DNA of 64,000 nt from Cyanobacteria bacterium auto_48_18 (GTDB lineage: Bacteria; Cyanobacteriota; Vampirovibrionia; Obscuribacterales; Obscuribacteraceae), in NCBI GenBank assembly GCA_036170915.1, contig JAVHQC010000029.1:64001-128000 (forward strand). Direction: 5' to 3'. Below are positions 57,801 to 64,000 of the stretch, in pieces (the stretch's first letter is position 1; every line of letters begins with the position of its first letter). The notes beneath the pieces are model-generated. The model was given only the letters and a program-made list of their open reading frames with translations. It had not been told where the DNA came from and did no database searches. The position numbers and the translations under genes are program-made.

Positions 57801-60553
57801 AAATGACCCAATGGAACCAGCTGCAAGACAATAAGAGCGTCAATTACAGGCTGGGCTATGATCAGGCCGGCCAACTTACAGGCTCGCAAGCAAGCCCTGG
57901 CCAACCTTCAGCGAGTTATATCGGTCAAAATTATTTTGCCTATGATGTTGCCGCTAATCGCACCGCTGTGCAGCAAAATAGCGTCAATAGAGTTAGATTT
58001 GGAGGCACGGTCACCACTGGCAATGCTTTAACGATAACTGTCAAAGATTCGGCGTTAACAGGCGGACAAAAAGCCCTAGTTTATACGGTCGTTGGCGGAG
58101 ACACCTTATCGACGATCGCGACTAAATTTGCTGCGCTCATTACCGCCGATACAGATATGCAGGCACTCGGTGTCAATGCTTCGGCCAATGGGCCGATGAT
58201 GAGCATCAAATCTGCATCGCCAAATATCACTACATACTCTCAATCCACCAGCGGCGGTGCCACCACTACCATTGCTTTAGGCGTCACCGGCAATTTTGTT
58301 GAAAATGCGGTAATTGGTGGCACCAAGACCACAGGAAATATAATCACAATAACGGTGAGTGATGCTGCTTTAGCGGGCGGACAAACAGCCATTAATTACA
58401 CCGTTTTAGCCAGCGACAACCTGACCACGATGGCTACAGGCCTTAAAAACGCGATAAATGCAAATGCTGGCCTCACTGCAGCCGGAGTAACTGCGACTTC
58501 GGCCGGAACTGCGATTACAGTTAAATCAACATCTGCCAACGCAACCACTTACTCTCAATCAACAAGTGCTGGCGCCACTGCCACAATTTCGCTTTCGATC
58601 AATCAAAACGGTCCGCAGACAATCGCACTATCGGGGACAAAGACCACCGGCGATACCATTACAATTACGGTTTATGATGCAGGTCTCGCTGGCGGTTTGA
58701 AAGCAGTGACCTACACCGTGCTCGCCGGCGACACATTGACCAGCATTGCGACAGGGTTGGCGGCTGCGCTGACAGCAGATTCAGCTCTGCAAGGAATTGG
58801 AGTCAGTGCCACAGCAGCAGCGACCGTGGTCACGCTACAGTCCAACTCGATAAATCAAACTATGCTTCGCGAAACCACAAGCGCAACTGCTACCGAACTT
58901 ATCTCAATAAATATTCCAGCCAATGGTGTTCAAACCGCTGTTATCGGGGGAACAAAGACCACCGGTGACGTGGTAACTATCACCACATATGATGCTGCTC
59001 TCGGTGGGGGTACGCAGGCCGTAAATTACACAGTCTTGTCTGGCGATACTCTAACTTCTATTGCTACTGGGCTCGCTGCCGCAATTACAGCGAATGCAAG
59101 TTTGTCTGAAATTGGCGTCTCTGCGACCTCTTCTTCGACCGTAGTCAACGTAAAATCAACTTCGATTAACAACACGACTTATGCAAAATCGACCAGCGGT
59201 GGTGCCACTGAAACAATTACGCTTGCCCGAGTAATGACTGTTGGCCAATATGGATACAATAATGTTAACGAGCTAACTAGCATTACGGCTGGCGGCGCCA
59301 CAAGATTTCAAGGAACTACAAACAAGCCATTAAAATCAGCGACGGTAAATAGTCAGCCAGCGACCCTCAACTGGACGGAAAGTTTCACTGGCAATGCCGT
59401 GTTAAGCAATGGCGCAAATAATGTGCCGGTTAGTGCTACAGATGGTGCAAACAATGTCAAAACACACAATTATCAAATTCCAATTGCAGGGCCGGGAGGC
59501 TCGACCCTAACGTTTGATGCCAATGGCAATATGACGAATCATGGAGCAAATTTGTATGCTTGGGATGTTGAGAACCGGTTGATTAAAATTACATATCCAG
59601 GAACCGGAAATTATAGTCAATTTCTCTATGATGCTACGGGAGTTGTTGGCCAGGTTACTGAAACTATTGCAAGTAGTCTCAGCAGCACGAAGCAATTTAT
59701 TCGCTGCAATTCGACAATCTGTGAAGAGCGCAGCGCAACTAGCACTTTGACAAAGCATTTTTTTGAAAGCGGGCAAACTTTAAGCGGCGCAGTTTATTTT
59801 TACACTTTGGACCATACTGGCTCTGTAAGGGCGATGACAGACAACTCTGCCGCAGTGCAGGCTCAATATGATTATGGTCTGTACGGCCAAGCGACCAAAA
59901 TTTCCGGTGCCCTTGATGCAGATTTTCAGTATGCCAGATACTACTCACATCAGCCAAGCCAGCTTAGCCTTACGCTTTACCGAGCTTACAACCCCGCTCT
60001 TGCGCGGTGGATCAATCGCGACCCCATACGTGAGCTGGCGAATATCAATCTCTACTGTTATGTCCATAACAGGCCCCTTAATTACGTTGATCCCCTGGGA
60101 TTAGGTGAATTTCAATATGTGGGATCAGGAACATTTAATAGTAAGGCAAAGGGCATAATCGATAAACTGAAAAAGTGTCCAGCCATGAAACCAGTCTTTA
60201 AGAACATCGCCGACGGACCATTGAACGTTATGGTTGGTCCCGCAGAGCCGGGCTATATGCCAAATACGGAACTTGACCCGGCATCAGGTCTTGTTATAAA
60301 CCTTGATTTTTACGTTGACGTAACAGGTCATGCAGGCTCCATAATTGCCGGACCTGATATTCAAGCAGCTCATGAGTTAGGCCATGCTGAGGATATTGAA
60401 CGCAATAGGAACTCAAGGGCTGATGACAAGAAAAACAGAGCTAGGTGTGAAAAACATTGTGTCGAATTAGAAGATGCAGTTCGAGCATGGACGGGAGCGC
60501 CCGGCGAGCCACGAAGAAGTTACTCAAATGCGCAAGGAATGACTTATCCATGA
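54827..60553 (+). CDS. C-terminal part of RHS/YD-repeat polymorphic toxin with HExxH metalloprotease tip
   Basis: YD repeats, RHS core (DHTGSVR, RAYNP..ARWINRDP, NLYCY, PLNYVDPLGL), then HELGH; frame is open upstream of the ATG to at least 54791. Confidence 0.92.
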   Translation: MTQVIDKAGNAALVQYDSNFRLTSLTDSIGQVSTVNYVSNTLGNVGFYKISSIVDPFARSCSFTWDSTTTLLLSITDVVGLKSQFTYDPSSSFITSMTTPYGTSSFYKYVPTYAGPYPAQGLKITYPDGTSDVLESFLSVEQITYFWDRHANQLYPADPANQIYTHCEQMKWLLDFSTSLMKPVYQYAIHPLESASPIYYRSQGQGASSNFIGTTNKITEAKRNIGNAITIATVGGTVVTGDQFYLGADGQAQIYYSVQAGDTLTSITSNLIAQVNSNPGMQGVGVTAVQISPTSFSLHTDSPLVAQYRYAPFGGVVLTIAMRSQSEQTANVTIGGTMTVGDTVNLDIALPYPNNFSQRVTHTVVGGDTPTTVAASMAAKINADPLFAQYPYVGTSSGPVLKVSSFSGKVVDYGSFIGGSGSESIVVSDIRNGTIQLSTNKYNPLGKMTESVDPVNRKFSYVYDSNNIDLLQVKETQNANNFQMEAWTWNAKHMPLTHTDGSGRVKTYVYNSLQQPISVTDANSNVTTMTYTGTSSATIGGTVTAGNVLTITVFDTGLAGGQKAVNYTVIAGNTLTTIATGLRNAINADSSLQAIGVTATSAAAVITLKSNSVNVTTYAQSVSGGATATIALGANRFGYLTKIDGPLAGSQDVTTISYDGFGRVFSVSNSTGYTKTFSYDNMNRRIRTTHPDNTFEQTVWSRLDPVMTKDRIGRWSQTAFDSMDQVAFDIDSLGRKTQYTWCSCGSILTLTDPANNTTSWGHDLQGRTTSKTYANSTAINYAYEPYGSNLRSRTDALNQITNYLYYPDDKIFQTSYKNAVNPTASTTTAWDSNYDRVKSIQKNDWGTIAYTYNPYILPLGTPTTGGGMLQVVHNDRMANSDISFVYDNLGRTTNRSINGAANSNSWTFDAMSRVTGETNALGSFAYAYVDNTAGSSKGSTRLASVTYPNSQVTKYSWYPAIGDERLQQIANLKTSSGPTISQFSHVYNPAGEMTQWNQLQDNKSVNYRLGYDQAGQLTGSQASPGQPSASYIGQNYFAYDVAANRTAVQQNSVNRVRFGGTVTTGNALTITVKDSALTGGQKALVYTVVGGDTLSTIATKFAALITADTDMQALGVNASANGPMMSIKSASPNITTYSQSTSGGATTTIALGVTGNFVENAVIGGTKTTGNIITITVSDAALAGGQTAINYTVLASDNLTTMATGLKNAINANAGLTAAGVTATSAGTAITVKSTSANATTYSQSTSAGATATISLSINQNGPQTIALSGTKTTGDTITITVYDAGLAGGLKAVTYTVLAGDTLTSIATGLAAALTADSALQGIGVSATAAATVVTLQSNSINQTMLRETTSATATELISINIPANGVQTAVIGGTKTTGDVVTITTYDAALGGGTQAVNYTVLSGDTLTSIATGLAAAITANASLSEIGVSATSSSTVVNVKSTSINNTTYAKSTSGGATETITLARVMTVGQYGYNNVNELTSITAGGATRFQGTTNKPLKSATVNSQPATLNWTESFTGNAVLSNGANNVPVSATDGANNVKTHNYQIPIAGPGGSTLTFDANGNMTNHGANLYAWDVENRLIKITYPGTGNYSQFLYDATGVVGQVTETIASSLSSTKQFIRCNSTICEERSATSTLTKHFFESGQTLSGAVYFYTLDHTGSVRAMTDNSAAVQAQYDYGLYGQATKISGALDADFQYARYYSHQPSQLSLTLYRAYNPALARWINRDPIRELANINLYCYVHNRPLNYVDPLGLGEFQYVGSGTFNSKAKGIIDKLKKCPAMKPVFKNIADGPLNVMVGPAEPGYMPNTELDPASGLVINLDFYVDVTGHAGSIIAGPDIQAAHELGHAEDIERNRNSRADDKKNRARCEKHCVELEDAVRAWTGAPGEPRRSYSNAQGMTYP
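57990..59230 (+). repeat. Four tandem ~105-aa protein repeats inside the RHS gene (three more at ~55515-56110 and ~56432-56725)
   Basis: GGTxTTG..ITIT..D..L.GG..A..YTV..GDTL..IA...A.AI.A......GV.AT unit; boundaries approximate. Confidence 0.85.
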
Positions 60554-61542
60554 AGTTACGCGTCTACTTTTTGATACTTCTAATTATGATTAGTTTGCAA
60601 AAATTCAATGCAATCTCTAAACCAATGTCGGGACAATTGAAGTTGCAGTATGGGGATTTACGGCCGTTTCTTATCGGTATCAGTCCACTCAATTATTTCG
60701 CAAGAGACAAAGAAACAATGCCCGCGGTAGCCAAATTAGCAAAAAAAATGGGCTATACCAATGTTAGTTTTTGTGGCGTTTTTCTTACGGCTGATCCCAA
60801 TTCAATCTTCATTCTACTCTCAGATGATTTGCATAAAGTTTCTAACGAACGATCGCTCTTACTGTTTTCAATTAACCGGAAATCTGGCAGCTCAAAATAT
60901 GTGCGCTCATTTACGTACAGACTGATACGCACCGTAGCTTTTGCTAATGAACTAAGTAGATTTGATCGGTTTTCTTTTCAAAAGAGTATGAATTACTCCT
61001 CTTCCAAAAAAAACAACTTATTAATCTCTGAGTCCATATTGGATTCTGCACTTCGCAGCAATCGCGAATTTAACGATGTGATGCGCTTCAAAGGCTGCAT
61101 ACCATACAAAGATGGACGAATGATATATTATCTAGAAACTGCTTTCCTATATGCTAAGCCGGTGGCTAAGAGACGTCTGTACGTTTCGGATAAGAGCAAT
61201 AAATCTATTGAATTTTGTTGTGAGTTCGATGAATCAATGAATATTGATGTCATGAATTCGGTTCTAAATTCCAATACCCTTGAGCAACTCCCAAAGCATA
61301 GTTTTCTCGAGTTGATTAAAGCACCAAAATGTCGCCTTTCTGACATTGACCCTAGACTAGTAGGCGGGGCTGCTGTATATGCGGAAATACGATTAAAGTT
61401 TCCATGTAGCGATCCTGACGTTCGAGGTTGGAAGCATGGACCACTATTGATAACTCTTTATTCTCTTAAGTCCTATGATCGCTGTGCTTTTTTTATGACA
61501 AACAAAGGACGAACAAAGCTCGAAGCTGTGTGGCTTAGATAG
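60550..61542 (+). CDS. Hypothetical exported protein, candidate immunity protein
   Basis: ATG 60550 overlaps the RHS stop (ATGA); N-terminal MKLRVYFLILLIMISL; visibly AT-rich. Confidence 0.7.
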   Translation: MKLRVYFLILLIMISLQKFNAISKPMSGQLKLQYGDLRPFLIGISPLNYFARDKETMPAVAKLAKKMGYTNVSFCGVFLTADPNSIFILLSDDLHKVSNERSLLLFSINRKSGSSKYVRSFTYRLIRTVAFANELSRFDRFSFQKSMNYSSSKKNNLLISESILDSALRSNREFNDVMRFKGCIPYKDGRMIYYLETAFLYAKPVAKRRLYVSDKSNKSIEFCCEFDESMNIDVMNSVLNSNTLEQLPKHSFLELIKAPKCRLSDIDPRLVGGAAVYAEIRLKFPCSDPDVRGWKHGPLLITLYSLKSYDRCAFFMTNKGRTKLEAVWLR

Positions 61543-61756
61543 CTGACAAAGCGCAACTGATTCACATGGCGATTCTTGGGACGTAGATAATCTAGGAGTT
61601 ATGTTGGCCGTCAGCGGCGCATGTCAACTAAGTGGATTTAGAAGATCGATGAAAGCTCCACTCATTACTGTGTAAATCCATGCCGTCGAGCTGCGCTGAT
61701 AATAAGCAAGTAATAACCACTATTGAGAAGCGTAGCAAAGACAAATCTTAGTCCTT

Positions 61757-64000
61757 TCATTTCGAGATAATTGTGCTCGCGGCAATGCGCTCGGCATTTT
61801 CTTTCAGCCACCGTTGTGCACCTTCCGCATTTGAAAATTCACCCTCGCGCTGTGCTTCGCGAGCCGCTTCAAGCACGGTTTTAAATTGTGGACCAGGCTT
61901 CATATTGATAGCCAACAACATATTGCCATTAACAATCGGCTTCTCACCCAGCTTGCCTGATTGCTTTAAGTCTTCGAGTTTTTGCAAGAGAAAATCGCGG
62001 CGAGATTTATCAGAGTCTGGTTTTTTTGTGCCCGTCGCATCAGCGTGCTGAATTTCAATTAGATCCATGATGTCAGGCCGCTCTAAAAGAGCAGTGAGCT
62101 TACCTGGTCGTAAGCTTTGCACTTCATGCATAATCATATGCAGACGCACTAGCTCGGTTACGCGTTGTTCTTGATTGCTCGACATTTTTAAACGCCTGGC
62201 GATGTCGTGAGTTAATTCAGCACCTTTGGCGTCGTGGCCATGATTGCTGATGCCGCCATCAGGCCAGATTTTTTGCGTGGCCGGTTTACCCACATCGTGC
62301 AGGAGGCCGCCCATCATGCGTTCAAAATCACCACCGGTAAGATTCTTCAATACATATTTAGTGTGGGTCCAGACTGTTCCTTCCGGATGATGCACCGGAT
62401 CTTGCCTGCCCTTGGGCCCTCTTAGTTTATAAACTTCAGGCAGTACTTGTTTCATCAAACCAGAGTCCATCATAATTTGCATACCGCGCACCGGATTTGA
62501 TGACAGCAAGATGCCTTTGATCTCGTCCCGAATACGTTCATTTGATACGGCATGAATGCCTATGGAATTGGCTTTGATAGCAGCCAGGGTAGCCGGATCA
62601 ACTGTGAAGCCTTCGTATTTAGAAGCAAAGCGCGGCACACGCATCATGCGCAATTTGTCTTCGCTAAAGCGCAAATTAGGGTCACCCACCGCGCGAATAG
62701 TCTTGCCGGCAAGGTCGTGTTGACCACCGTAAAAGTCATAAATAGTTCCGCTAATTGGATCTTGAAACATAGCGTTAATTGTCAAATCTCGCCTGGCAGC
62801 ATCGGCCGACAGTGAAGTAACAAACTGCACTCCGTCTGGCCGGCGACCATCACTGTAAGTGCTTTCAGAGCGCAAAGTGGCGATTTCAAACTCTCGGCCG
62901 TTCACCACTACATTGATCACGCCAAAGGCTTTTCCTACCGGTATTACTTTGTAGCCCTGATCGATGAAAAGTTTTTCTACTTGATCAGGAGTGGCCGACG
63001 TGGCGATATCGTAATCTTTAGGAGTTTTGCGCATTAGCAAGTCACGCACAGCACCACCAGCGAAGACACCAATATGTTGTTTGTCTTGCAGTGTTTGCAC
63101 CAGGTGCGCACCGAGCTCGCGTTGATAGGCAGACTCAGCTTCAGCACTCAAGTCTGACTTAACTTCACCTTCTTCTAAATGTTCATTTTTCGGCTGTCCT
63201 TTTGCAGCAGGAGCAATGCCGTGATCATGATCGCCATGGAAATCTACTGCTGGTCTGAACTTGCCATTGCTGGCTTCAAAAAGAGAAAATTCCTGTTTCC
63301 AGTGTTGCTCATAAGTGAGTTGACCCACTTTCAAATTTGGTATCAGAGCCGCAAGCGATGCTACTTGCACTTCAGAAGGTTGAGAAACTTTTGTTTTGCC
63401 CAGCTCTGAATTTATTTTTGCCTCCGTGAAACGGGCATCGATCTCTTGAGTCAGTCTGGTTTCTCTAAACAATTGCCAGGCTTCAGTACTCTTACCATCT
63501 TGCAAAAGTTTGGCACTAGCCTGAAAATTCTGCTCTTGTGCGCCGTTACTTTTTTGACTTAAGTGTTTTAATTCATGACCTAGCTTTGCGGCATCAGCTC
63601 CCGCTTCCAGCTCCACTCGTTTTGTGCCGAGAGCCAGCGATTGAGGAGCATCACTCTGAATGCGTGCCCACGGATTTTCATTGACAATATTTTTAAATGT
63701 TGGCGAGGTAGCGGCGTCGCCGGCAAATTCAGTCTGCACCAGCCTATCAACTGGCACGCCGCGTCCTGTAGCCAGATTAAAATGATCGGCTGCCCGGGCC
63801 ATGGCTTTTTGACCCACAGGCAGAGCGTGACTCATTACTATTCCACCTGCAGCGGCCTTGACGAGAGTTTCGCCGTCGGCCAGTTTGCCTTCGGCAATGG
63901 CAGTCGACGTGAGAGTCTGCACGCCGCCACCAATTGCGCCTGTGGCTGTGCGGGTGAGGATGCGACCAACTAGGCCACTTTTAGCGGCCAGCATATTTCC
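61757..64000 (-). CDS. Large protein (5'-truncated) with C-terminal class II CCA-adding tRNA nucleotidyltransferase + HD domain
   Basis: GGAVRD..DYDIAT, EIATLR, RRDLTINAM, EDKLRMMR, HHPEG and LLHDVGKP; more than 290 aa of extra N-terminal sequence; frame open at the window edge. Confidence 0.9.
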   Translation of the reverse strand, partial: GNMLAAKSGLVGRILTRTATGAIGGGVQTLTSTAIAEGKLADGETLVKAAAGGIVMSHALPVGQKAMARAADHFNLATGRGVPVDRLVQTEFAGDAATSPTFKNIVNENPWARIQSDAPQSLALGTKRVELEAGADAAKLGHELKHLSQKSNGAQEQNFQASAKLLQDGKSTEAWQLFRETRLTQEIDARFTEAKINSELGKTKVSQPSEVQVASLAALIPNLKVGQLTYEQHWKQEFSLFEASNGKFRPAVDFHGDHDHGIAPAAKGQPKNEHLEEGEVKSDLSAEAESAYQRELGAHLVQTLQDKQHIGVFAGGAVRDLLMRKTPKDYDIATSATPDQVEKLFIDQGYKVIPVGKAFGVINVVVNGREFEIATLRSESTYSDGRRPDGVQFVTSLSADAARRDLTINAMFQDPISGTIYDFYGGQHDLAGKTIRAVGDPNLRFSEDKLRMMRVPRFASKYEGFTVDPATLAAIKANSIGIHAVSNERIRDEIKGILLSSNPVRGMQIMMDSGLMKQVLPEVYKLRGPKGRQDPVHHPEGTVWTHTKYVLKNLTGGDFERMMGGLLHDVGKPATQKIWPDGGISNHGHDAKGAELTHDIARRLKMSSNQEQRVTELVRLHMIMHEVQSLRPGKLTALLERPDIMDLIEIQHADATGTKKPDSDKSRRDFLLQKLEDLKQSGKLGEKPIVNGNMLLAINMKPGPQFKTVLEAAREAQREGEFSNAEGAQRWLKENAERIAASTIISK

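Noticed and set aside
55515..59230. LysM domains in the RHS protein (YTVxxGDTLxxIA)
   Set aside because: Only the first half resembles LysM. The N...I..GQ.L second half is absent and the motif sits inside a longer ~100-aa unit.
60457..60549. Track start of the post-RHS ORF at 60457
   Set aside because: Overlaps the toxin tip; ATG 60550 gives an ATGA coupling and a signal-like N-terminus
61600..61700. tggattta...taaatcca inverted repeat between convergent genes
   Set aside because: Short arms with a long spacer; not enough to call an ncRNA or terminator

Overview
Bacterial chromosomal window with dense coding on both strands. Cyanobacteria-like housekeeping genes, no photosynthesis genes in view, and many secreted TPR/PDZ/vWA and MshEN-repeat proteins suggest a non-photosynthetic cyanobacterial relative (Melainabacteria/Vampirovibrionia, e.g. 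Obscuribacterales). That placement is inference only. Bases 1-51000 hold housekeeping genes (ltaE, lysC, murA, tRNA-Leu(GAG), rluD-like, lspA, mdh, comM/yifB, aspS, and rpsU, which the ORF track missed), transporters and hypothetical exported proteins. The last 13 kb are the most unusual. (i) An ATGA-coupled three-gene polymorphic-toxin locus: a LamG/Fn3-associated exported protein; a giant RHS protein (about 2460 aa, split here by a 1-nt frameshift); and an AT-rich candidate immunity gene. The RHS protein has an N-terminal C39 cysteine peptidase followed by a double-glycine-leader-like site, seven inserted ~100-aa repeats and a HExxH metalloprotease tip. (ii) A 5'-truncated large protein in which a complete CCA-adding/HD nucleotidyltransferase is fused behind a Gly/Ala-rich hydrophobic region and a HExxH module, an effector-like architecture. 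No CRISPR array, rRNA, integrase or transposase was seen. All family assignments come from motif recognition by eye; no database searches were run.
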